This document shows, in pieces, positions 45,305 through 53,610 of a DNA stretch of 64,000 bases. The DNA is from a virus: positions 1 through 64,000 of IMG/VR virus record IMGVR_UViG_3300033516_000084. The stretch is one strand, 5' to 3'. The position numbers and the translations under genes were made by a program. The notes beneath the pieces are model-generated. The model saw only the letters and a program-made list of their open reading frames with translations, did no database searches and had not been told where the DNA came from. Positions within the stretch are counted from its first letter, which is position 1; every line of letters begins with the position of its first letter.

Positions 45305-48205
45305 TCACGATAGCCCTGTTTCGTCAAAATAATAAATACCTTCATACCGTACACCATTAAGCAGTAAGTCCAAGGTATTTTTAGACAAACCAATACTGCC
45401 AAGTTGTTTGATAGAGGATGGATTTACTGACAAAGTGACAGCCATGATCGCCGCCTCTTGCGCTGCTGTCAGCCTGCCTTTGGGTATGGATACCATGCCC
45501 GTGAGTAGGTCAGCCTGTACCTTGGCCCAATCACCGGCTTCTGGTACAAACCCTGCCATACTAAGCTCTACGGCGTTACCCGCTTGTACCTTTGCCGTGG
45601 CGTAGGCCGCACCCATACTGGGGTGTAGTTTTTTCAGCGTCTCCCACTCACCGGTAGTCAGCATAGTGGCTACCAACTCAGGGTGTAGCTCCATCCCACC
45701 TGTGCCAGTTCTAAACAAGAACCCCTTTTCTTTGGACTCACCCCATGCAAAGGCTATGTTATTACCACGGGTCACCCTGATCATCCCAGTTGCTGCGCCA
45801 AGTAAGGACGTTATCTTTGCACCGGTAAGGGACGATAGCAAGGTAACCGGGTCTACTCCGATGTATGAGTTCCACAGAGACAACTGGCGTGGGGTAACAC
45901 CTATGCCCAGGTCAGTAAAGGTTGTTTTAGTAGCAGTAAAGTCCGGTAGCACTTGGTTGACAGGCTTTGGCTTGGGGGCTTCCACAGGGTTTACCTGAGT
46001 GAGACCAGTAGCAGGGTTTACCGTTACCTCTACCGGGCGAATACTTGGCGGCGGTGGGGTTTGAGGCACGGTATTAACAGACGGTACCAAGGCCGTGGGT
46101 GTTGCGCTAGGTTTGGGCTTTTCCAACCTGCCTACGTGATCTAGCCTAACCATCAGCGTTCGGCAGTTTGACCCCCAGCTAATACGACCATTGTGGTTTA
46201 TGAGCAGGGTGTGGTTCTTTTCAAGAGTGACATCATACACAACCCCATCGTATTCACGAACCTGCAATTGATTGCACTTCTTAAATACGGTAGTCCCATC
46301 CCCCACTACCCAGTTATCGTGATTACACGCATACAACCCATTACCATGCTGGGTGTAAGTCCCTTTTGCAGAGCCTAATCTAATTGAGGGAGTATGTCCT
46401 AGTCTTATCAGTAACTCGCACAAGTCATCTCGCATACGAATAGACGAGGTAAAAAACACCCGTTCTGTGCTTTTATAGCCCAAAAACTTAGAGCCAGTCT
46501 CCCTAACGTGCCCATCCCCCAAGGCATAGGCTGCTAAGAACACGTCTATCAATTCTGGGCTTAAATTCTTAATAAATTGTGGCACAAACTTCTGGTGAGA
46601 TTTGCCGTACTGAAGGCACACTGCCCCGATATAGGTATCAGATACCACTATCTTGTGTCCGTATTTGCTTTCGTGCTTTCGTGCCTTTGGACACAATCTA
46701 AGCACATCCATAAACATCTTGTTTGCGTGTTTTGTTTGCGATATGACAGGGTAGTACGTGCCATTCACGTGAGGCTGTACGCTACCTTCCGATAGGTAGT
46801 AACCTAAGAACTTCAACAAGGATGGGGTATCCCTTTCACTCCCGGCAAACATAATTGACTGTGGCGATTCCCCTTTGTGTTTTGAGGATGTGTATAGTCT
46901 ATTTTCTACTTTGTTGGATAGGAATCCAGGTATGCCTCCGAACATTAGTTCAGTGCTTCTGCCAGCCTTACCATGGTCCACCCTTCTACCCCAAAACATT
47001 TGATGGTCTGGGGTTACCTCTAAACTAGCATCACCCCGTTTGTTGTAGAACTTAAAAACGTCCCCCTTATGAACATAGGCTATGTTCTTCACAGCGGATA
47101 CCCATTCAAGCTGGTGAGTGTTTGGATTCAATGACAAAAACTTGTCTACAGCTATGTCCACATCCTTAAAGTCTATAAACCCTCTTGAGGTGTAGACCTG
47201 TGTCCCTTCAACATAGCATCCGGGGTGGAAGGGTGGTGTCCCCAGACCCTTATCCTGTAGCTGCTGGGGGGTCATACGTTCATAGGCTTCCATGCTAGGT
47301 GTACTTTGATCTGGCCACGGGTGGATGGTCTTCAAGTCGTTGGGGTCATCAACGTACACCGCAGAGTCTAGGATTCTTTTGGCACTGTCTATGGTAAACA
47401 CCTTTCCATGTACCAGCCTACAAAATCGTGAGGTCCTGTTATCTAGCTGTGCGCTTAGTTTGTAGGTCTTGTGTCCCCGCATCTCAGACTCGGCCACAAA
47501 ACCCCATCCTGATAACCGGCTGGTGTGCAGGTTACTGATCATCTGGGCCATTGAATTGCTGTCGTCTTTGAATGGTACGAACAGTCTAATGGGGTCTGCC
47601 TTAGATAGGTTCGATACAGCTTTGGTTACAAGTAAGCCGTGCTTCCTAGCATTGGACTCAGACTCTGCGTCCATCGACACAGGAATTGATTCCACTCCTT
47701 GGTCTCTAAGCCACGCATAGCGGTGTCTTCCGTTCGAGAAACCCACCTCACCGTTGGCATCCACTCCAACATAAGGAGCTTCCATGTTGTCGTGGGGCTT
47801 TACCGTGAACGAGGTCTTATCATCAAACGGTTCCTGCCCACCATTGATGTACCTGCCAAACCGCTCGTACCGGTCTTTGATCTGACCATCACCATTTGGG
47901 CCGATGTAAAAATCCTTTGACTCGGAAAACTTGCGGTCAAACGCTGGAACCTTGAGGTGTACCAGCGGGTGGCCCATTACTGGGTCTACTCTTACCTGTT
48001 TGCCAGCTACATCAACGTATTGATTGCCTTGGAAAGGGTGGCCTTCTGCTTCTTTCTTTACAGAGGTTGCCATCCCATAGCGTACCTCTCCATCTTCAAA
48101 AACAAGGCGTACCATTTCATAGTCGTCCTTCTTGGCGGGTGTACCGTCTTTATTCAAATACTGAGCAATAGCTGCACGGCCCTCTATCTCCACATCTTCT
48201 ATCAT
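45305..48205 (-). CDS. MuF-type minor head protein (C-terminal part) with ParB-like insert and intein
   Basis: LDNRTSRFCRLVHGKVF...PPFHPG[intein]CRT MuF signature; upstream SNGRHRYAWL...G...IPV ParB/Srx-like motif. Confidence 0.8.
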   Translation of the reverse strand: MIEDVEIEGRAAIAQYLNKDGTPAKKDDYEMVRLVFEDGEVRYGMATSVKKEAEGHPFQGNQYVDVAGKQVRVDPVMGHPLVHLKVPAFDRKFSESKDFYIGPNGDGQIKDRYERFGRYINGGQEPFDDKTSFTVKPHDNMEAPYVGVDANGEVGFSNGRHRYAWLRDQGVESIPVSMDAESESNARKHGLLVTKAVSNLSKADPIRLFVPFKDDSNSMAQMISNLHTSRLSGWGFVAESEMRGHKTYKLSAQLDNRTSRFCRLVHGKVFTIDSAKRILDSAVYVDDPNDLKTIHPWPDQSTPSMEAYERMTPQQLQDKGLGTPPFHPGCYVEGTQVYTSRGFIDFKDVDIAVDKFLSLNPNTHQLEWVSAVKNIAYVHKGDVFKFYNKRGDASLEVTPDHQMFWGRRVDHGKAGRSTELMFGGIPGFLSNKVENRLYTSSKHKGESPQSIMFAGSERDTPSLLKFLGYYLSEGSVQPHVNGTYYPVISQTKHANKMFMDVLRLCPKARKHESKYGHKIVVSDTYIGAVCLQYGKSHQKFVPQFIKNLSPELIDVFLAAYALGDGHVRETGSKFLGYKSTERVFFTSSIRMRDDLCELLIRLGHTPSIRLGSAKGTYTQHGNGLYACNHDNWVVGDGTTVFKKCNQLQVREYDGVVYDVTLEKNHTLLINHNGRISWGSNCRTLMVRLDHVGRLEKPKPSATPTALVPSVNTVPQTPPPPSIRPVEVTVNPATGLTQVNPVEAPKPKPVNQVLPDFTATKTTFTDLGIGVTPRQLSLWNSYIGVDPVTLLSSLTGAKITSLLGAATGMIRVTRGNNIAFAWGESKEKGFLFRTGTGGMELHPELVATMLTTGEWETLKKLHPSMGAAYATAKVQAGNAVELSMAGFVPEAGDWAKVQADLLTGMVSIPKGRLTAAQEAAIMAVTLSVNPSSIKQLGSIGLSKNTLDLLLNGVRYEGIYYFDETGLS
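46166..47218 (-). mobile_element. Intein with LAGLIDADG homing endonuclease in MuF (351 aa)
   Basis: Starts CYVEGTQVYTSRG; block B VTPDHQM; LAGLIDADG-like FLGYYLSEGS and YALGDG; ends VYDVTL..NHTL...GSN followed by Cys. Removal restores PPFHPGCRT. Confidence 0.92.
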
Positions 48206-49443
48206 GCTTTTGGCCCCTGTACATAGCTGGTGTTTAGCTTGTCATACAAATCCTGCCACTCTTTACCCAGCCCTTTACGGGCAACAGGTCCTAAGGTTGC
48301 CATCTCTGCTAGAGTCTCGTTTATGGCATGTATGATATGTCTAGAGTTTGTTTCAGAAGACTTCCACCACTCTCGACTATAAGCAGTAACCCCATCCGAC
48401 ACCTTTAAGGTCTCGTAGTTTACAGCAAATTGATCAGTAAAATCTGTGTCCATTTGAGCCACCCTGAACTTGTGGTGGGTGAACTCATGTTGCAATACCT
48501 GAGCTATAGCCGTTGGGTTATCCATTTTTGATGGGTACACGGTTATCCTGGGGGGAGAATCTTTACTAGCTCGCGTATAGGAACCGCCATAGACCAAGCT
48601 CTTCCCATTCAGGTTAAACATTTTTGTTTCGTAGTCTGGCACCACCTCAATACCGTCAGGAATACCAAGAGTTTTAGCTACTGCTTTTACATAGCGCTCT
48701 ATGCCTTCTTCAGAAGACATATCGTGGGAATGATGCGCCCATCCATACTCTGACACCGTACAACCGAGGGCTTTTCCCACAGGCCCTGCCCATTTTTCGG
48801 CATTTAGCTCAGGCTCCTCCAAAATGTCCTGCTTGTCCATGTCCGAGTACAGGGGGTTATCTGCTACCTCTTTGTCATACCAATCCTTAAAGGCTTTTTT
48901 AACTAATCCGGGGTCTATCTTCGGGTAGGCATCAACCGCTTTTCTAGCCAACTCAGTAGGGGAGCCTTCAAACCCACCAATACCCCCTGTGTATTGATTT
49001 CCGTGAAAAGAATGACCCTTAGCCTCTTTTTGAATCTGAACTTGGGTACCAGCTTCTCTAGCTCGTGCAATTGATTGCAGTAGCTTGCGTTGGGTCTGTA
49101 ACGTACCGTTGTACTGTAGGTACTGTCGTAAATGGCTTAAAGACTTATCCACCGTCTTATCCAATGGTAGGCTGGCTATCATACTGGCCCTACCTCCTGC
49201 CGCCATTGATGCCCCGTATTCTATGGCAGCTCTCATCAAAGCCCTAGAAAAACTCACTACAATCGAAAATACTGGCTCTAATGTAAAAGATTCTGCTGCC
49301 ATGATCGCAAGATCAAAGTCATTATTTTTTAGATGTTTTGCATTGGTATTCCAAGCCTCGGATATAAGTGGATGTAGAGCACTCTGGAGTTTTTCAGACA
49401 ACATACGTTCTATATCCAAAAAATCTTCTATTCGCGTAGTCAT
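48202..49443 (-). CDS. Minor head protein N-terminal-like region fused to HExxH metallopeptidase-like domain
   Basis: Helical N-terminal ~140 aa, then KEAKGHSFHGNQYTGG, then VLQHEFTH...GVTAYS...NETLAE zincin-type motifs; coupled (ATGA overlap) to the MuF gene. Confidence 0.65.
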   Translation of the reverse strand: MTTRIEDFLDIERMLSEKLQSALHPLISEAWNTNAKHLKNNDFDLAIMAAESFTLEPVFSIVVSFSRALMRAAIEYGASMAAGGRASMIASLPLDKTVDKSLSHLRQYLQYNGTLQTQRKLLQSIARAREAGTQVQIQKEAKGHSFHGNQYTGGIGGFEGSPTELARKAVDAYPKIDPGLVKKAFKDWYDKEVADNPLYSDMDKQDILEEPELNAEKWAGPVGKALGCTVSEYGWAHHSHDMSSEEGIERYVKAVAKTLGIPDGIEVVPDYETKMFNLNGKSLVYGGSYTRASKDSPPRITVYPSKMDNPTAIAQVLQHEFTHHKFRVAQMDTDFTDQFAVNYETLKVSDGVTAYSREWWKSSETNSRHIIHAINETLAEMATLGPVARKGLGKEWQDLYDKLNTSYVQGPKA

Positions 49444-50132
49444 ACGGATACCTCTGCCAATTGTGCAGCTTTGCGCTTTAGCCAGTAGGCCTTGTTAGAG
49501 GCCCTCATTTTTGCAAGAGTTTCGTGGGAATGGGTCTTACCTAGATTAGCATCCCGTAACTTTGCTTTATGCGCCTCGGACTTAAGTACTCCCATACTAG
49601 CGGCACTCATTTTTGCTCGGGTTTCCTCTGAACGGTTGGTACCTTTTTGGGCAGCACCTATTTTTGCTCGGGTTTCTTCTGATGCGGGTGCTCTAAATAC
49701 CCAAGCAGCCTTTACTTTAGCGACAGCCTCTGCGGACATTTTTCTACCTAAATTTGTGGCACTGATCTTCGCACGAGTTTCCTCGGAGTGCATTTTTCCT
49801 TTTTGAGAAATACTCTTTCTTTTTTTGGTCTCCTCAGAGTGAATAACACCCTTTGCACCCTCACCCCCCTCAGTAATGTTACACAGCTTGTCACCACTTA
49901 TTGCCCGGTATTTTTTGATCAACTCTACCTCTAACACACAAGCGGCCCCCCAAGATAGGTTTTTGTACAGAATTGTTACCATGTACGCATACTTACTTGT
50001 GGTGTTGTTCCAATGCGGGTTACGATTGGAATCAATGTAGGGGCGTTTTGAATTTCCTATACCCACGTAAAACACTACTCCGTCTAAGCGGGTGTGTAGG
50101 TAAACGCAGGTGTTGTTAGTGATTGTGGGCAT
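49440..50132 (-). mobile_element. GIY-YIG-like homing endonuclease with NUMOD3 repeats
   Basis: CVYLHTR.DG.VFYVGIG...R...E..LI......LCN.T.GGEG followed by several SEETRAK(I/M)S repeats; overlaps both flanking genes. Confidence 0.88.
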
Positions 50133-53064
50133 TGATGCTTTCTGGTGTACAGTATGAGCTTAAAAGTTGGTCAAAAAGGGCTTTAGTTTCAGGCTCTAGG
50201 GCATCAACGCTTTTCTGTACCAGTGCCTTATCCGCATCAGTCATTGAAATTAGAGGTTCTACCAAATTTTCAGCTTCTGCTGTACGTCTCACCAATTTCA
50301 GTAGTTGTAAAGTAGATACTTCAGACTTAGTGACTTTCACGGGGGTATGAGCCTTTGGCCCTTCTTTTTCTGAGTCACCCGGTTTTGGTAAAATAGTTCC
50401 TGGAGGCAATGGAGTTGTGTAAGGAAGGTTTGTGTGCGGATCGACTTTTGGCTCTGGCAACACCGGGGCTTCTGGCGCGGGCGCTTCTTCGGGGGCAGCG
50501 GGCGCTTCTTTGTATTTAAGGTCGGTGCCTAGGGCGGCATTAACTGCGGACACAAAGTCTTTCTTCTCCACCATCTCGGCCACCAGTGGTAAGCCCTTGA
50601 ACAACTCCTCAACGGACTTCATGGTAATCGGCAGGCTACGGAATTTGATGGTCTTGTACCCAAAACCTTTCATCAACGTCTTGTTGATAATCTCATCAAA
50701 CTCAGTGCGTTCGGGCTGGAATACCTGTGCCTCTGCCACTTGGTAAGCGATTACTGCCGTTGCGTAGGAGTAGTCGGTAGAGTTCCCAGAGACTAGCACC
50801 TTTCCATTTCTACGAGTGACTAGAGTACCTTTAGGCATGGTAAAGCAGTGTACTTTCCCGGTGTAGGGTACTGCGTACATTTGCTTAGAAGGTTTTAACA
50901 TGTGGCACTCATCAGTATGAACCCCCACATTCCAAATAGCATGCCACCCCTCCTGCCTTTTATACCTCTTAGCCGTAGAGGTCATACCCAACCTGAAACA
51001 CAACTCCTGAACATCCCCCGCCAACCCCTCGGAGGTAGTGGAGTATGTAAAGGAACCGGGTGATGCGGTGCTAGAGCAGTCCGAATGAAGGCTACCGTCC
51101 CCTTCTACAAGAGCATTTAAAATAATTTTCAACTGTCTAGTTGATAGACTGAAAACGAACCTGGGTATTCTTTTATTGGAGGAACCCCCACCACACTCTT
51201 CTCGTAGCCAATCATACAGACCGCCGTGGCATACAGACACACTTTGTTGATTTCCCCTAGATACAATTAACCCCGGAGTAAACCCCATACTGGATAGACA
51301 CCTAACCATCTTGGTTGCAACTTCTCCAGTATTCTGTGATAGGGATATAGGGCCTCGTACATCCACGGGAGTGCTTCCCTCAGCTATAAAGTAGCCTAAG
51401 AAAGCAAGGAAGTCGTCCATAGGCACCTGATAACCACTGCCAGTTGCCAGAGACTTGTAGTACCTCTTCAAATCTCGGGTAGGGTTTTTTGAAGGCATCC
51501 CAGGAGTCCACGCATTAGTTCTGGTGTTGGTGGGTATATTAAAGTAAGAAACCTCGTCACCCTCCCACCCTGCTGAAGTGGGGAACTCAATATGGCCCCC
51601 TAAACCACCCTTAATTGATAACAAGGAATCGGCGTGTACCTTACCCCAAGGCATGGCATCACCCCCCCTAGTGGAAACATGGCGCACTACCATAGCGTGA
51701 TTAGGGGTTATCAAAGCATCAATTCCCCTATTTTTCAAATGTACTAAATCACCTTCGTAATCATAAGAATGGTGGGCTGTGGGCGTATCGAAAGACATTT
51801 TATTAGTGTTCAAATCTACTTGCGCTAACTGTAGCCCAATGGCCTCATCAAACATCCTCCAGCCCTCAGAGGTTAGATATTCGGTATCCTCAGAATGACA
51901 CCTACCTATAAACAGCGGGGGTAGTCTAAAGCCAACTCGTACATGCTCCTCTGCGCGGGTGTCGTATTGGGCGTACAGGGCATCCCCTTGGTTGGTGAAC
52001 CGTTCTACCCGTGCGCTTACTGTGCCACTACTATCCAGTGACCCACTATTGGACATGAGTTCAACCACTACTGCCCTGCCCTTTTTGCGGTTGCTGGAAC
52101 TCAAGTAGGTACGCAATTGATTGCTGGCATCCCCAACCATCTGTCCACCTTGGATAAAGATGATCGCAGGCGGCATACCACCGGCATCAAACAGTTCAAG
52201 ATTGGCCTCCTCAGCTTTTCTGGAACCCAGTACGGACGGTAATTGATTTATCCACCGGGGTATGGAGTAGGGACTTGTTGGGTCTTTGTCCACCCCGAAG
52301 GCCAGTACCTCTGAAGCACGTTTATCCGCTGGCAGGGTAGTACCTTCCTTGGCCCAGGCCCCAGTATGTCGGTCTAGGTCGAGCGGTACACCAAACTCTT
52401 TGAAATACTGGCGACTAACCCCATTAAACGTCTGCATGTACTTGCGTGGGCGTTCCTTGATGGATATAGTAATGTCGTTACCCCCTCTGGATACCACGTA
52501 CTTCGTATCCACGGGGTCTCCCAAGCGGACTAGGCGTAAGGTCTGCCCCTCTAGGTAGCGAGTACCGACGATAGAACCGTCCATAGTTCTCAGTACCTCT
52601 AGGAACCCATAGCCCATGGATTCAAGGTCTTGCCTGATCAACCGGCGTTGGGTAATGAATGACTTACCGGGGTAGGGCTCTGCAAAGAAGGCTCTGGCCT
52701 GTACCAGTTCTTCTTCATTAATTTCAGTATTGTCATCCATCTTGACAAACTCATGCCCTGTGCCATCAATGTTCACCTCCATCGCTTGGATACACTGATT
52801 CAAGATATTGTTCTGTTTTGCCAGTAGTTTAAGGGTTTTAGGCGGGTAAGGTGGCATAACTGCCAAGTTACTACCCCCTGTTCCTTGGGTGAAGTACAGG
52901 TTGACAAACTCGTCCTCTATGAGTCTCTCTGCATCCGCCATAACAAGGTAGGTGTCGCCTTTAATAACGCGAGAAACCACAGTTAACTCTGGCTGTTTAA
53001 TAGTTTTGGTAATAGGCTTAGCTGTCTTTATAGGGGGTGTAGGGGTCTTGATAGAGATTGACAT
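50116..53064 (-). CDS. Portal protein (PBSX-like) containing an intein
   Basis: PPYPP..L......N.IL.QCI.AMEVNIDG.G; DLE..G.G.LEV.R; Y..PRWI.QLPSVLGSRKAEE.N...FD.GG.P; FRLPPLFIG[intein]STDYSYATA. Confidence 0.9.
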   Translation of the reverse strand: MSISIKTPTPPIKTAKPITKTIKQPELTVVSRVIKGDTYLVMADAERLIEDEFVNLYFTQGTGGSNLAVMPPYPPKTLKLLAKQNNILNQCIQAMEVNIDGTGHEFVKMDDNTEINEEELVQARAFFAEPYPGKSFITQRRLIRQDLESMGYGFLEVLRTMDGSIVGTRYLEGQTLRLVRLGDPVDTKYVVSRGGNDITISIKERPRKYMQTFNGVSRQYFKEFGVPLDLDRHTGAWAKEGTTLPADKRASEVLAFGVDKDPTSPYSIPRWINQLPSVLGSRKAEEANLELFDAGGMPPAIIFIQGGQMVGDASNQLRTYLSSSNRKKGRAVVVELMSNSGSLDSSGTVSARVERFTNQGDALYAQYDTRAEEHVRVGFRLPPLFIGRCHSEDTEYLTSEGWRMFDEAIGLQLAQVDLNTNKMSFDTPTAHHSYDYEGDLVHLKNRGIDALITPNHAMVVRHVSTRGGDAMPWGKVHADSLLSIKGGLGGHIEFPTSAGWEGDEVSYFNIPTNTRTNAWTPGMPSKNPTRDLKRYYKSLATGSGYQVPMDDFLAFLGYFIAEGSTPVDVRGPISLSQNTGEVATKMVRCLSSMGFTPGLIVSRGNQQSVSVCHGGLYDWLREECGGGSSNKRIPRFVFSLSTRQLKIILNALVEGDGSLHSDCSSTASPGSFTYSTTSEGLAGDVQELCFRLGMTSTAKRYKRQEGWHAIWNVGVHTDECHMLKPSKQMYAVPYTGKVHCFTMPKGTLVTRRNGKVLVSGNSTDYSYATAVIAYQVAEAQVFQPERTEFDEIINKTLMKGFGYKTIKFRSLPITMKSVEELFKGLPLVAEMVEKKDFVSAVNAALGTDLKYKEAPAAPEEAPAPEAPVLPEPKVDPHTNLPYTTPLPPGTILPKPGDSEKEGPKAHTPVKVTKSEVSTLQLLKLVRRTAEAENLVEPLISMTDADKALVQKSVDALEPETKALFDQLLSSYCTPESINAHNH
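50782..51900 (-). mobile_element. Intein with LAGLIDADG homing endonuclease in the portal (373 aa)
   Basis: Starts CHSEDTEYLTSEGW; block B ITPNHAM; FLGYFIAEGS and ALVEGDGS; ends VHCFTMP.GTLVTRRNGKVLVSGN followed by Ser. Confidence 0.92.
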
Positions 53065-53318
53065 AGCATAGTCCTGTTGGGGTATGGGTAGATTCTACTA
53101 TGCATACACCTACCTGCTACCACAGTAATTCTGTACGTCTTCTAGCTTGCTGTGATAGGCGCATTTTCAACTTTCACCCACTTCGCTGCCCTACAGTGGA
53201 TTACATACTGGCAACATGCACTTGTCGAACTCTTTGAAAGATGGCTACTTCTAGGCCTACTTCCTGAGTTATCAAAACTTTTGAGAATATATTTTCAGCC
53301 TACTGCAATTGATTGCAG

Positions 53319-53534
53319 TTACTCTTTCTCAAGGCCTGCCGGGAACAAGGAATCCAAAGTTTCGGGCGACAGGTCTTTGCAAAATTCGCGGGCGAAGTTG
53401 ACACCAAGACCAACAGGGACAATGCTACCGTCATTATCTACTTCCTGTTTCACTGGCAGGTAACCACGGTCTGGTGGGGCTACGGGGCCAGGGGTACTTA
53501 CAACAGGGATACCTTTGAAAACATTTTTGAACAT
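53319..53534 (-). CDS. Small hypothetical protein (71 aa, MFKNVFKG...)
   Basis: AAGGAG RBS and a canonical promoter directly upstream. Confidence 0.65.
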   Translation of the reverse strand: MFKNVFKGIPVVSTPGPVAPPDRGYLPVKQEVDNDGSIVPVGLGVNFAREFCKDLSPETLDSLFPAGLEKE

Positions 53535-53554
53535 AAATTTCTCCTTAATGTGAC

Positions 53555-53583
53555 ATCCTACCACATCGGAATTGATTTGTCAA
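53555..53583 (-). promoter_or_regulatory. Sigma70-type promoter
   Basis: TTGACA (53583-53578), 17-nt spacer, TAGGAT (53560-53555). Confidence 0.75.
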
Positions 53584-53610
53584 GCCTTTTTTACACAAAT
53601 TTCGTGTAAA

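Noticed and set aside
31323-47695. Weak look-alikes of the dispersed palindrome (tgcaattgtttcca ~31324, taattgattgta ~36271, ggaattgattcc ~47682)
   Set aside because: Two or more mismatches to the 12-bp core; could be chance, so they were not counted.
53065-53300. Possible gene or ncRNA upstream of the portal
   Set aside because: Only short broken frames on the minus strand and no convincing stable structure; the plus-strand 103-aa ORF lacks support.
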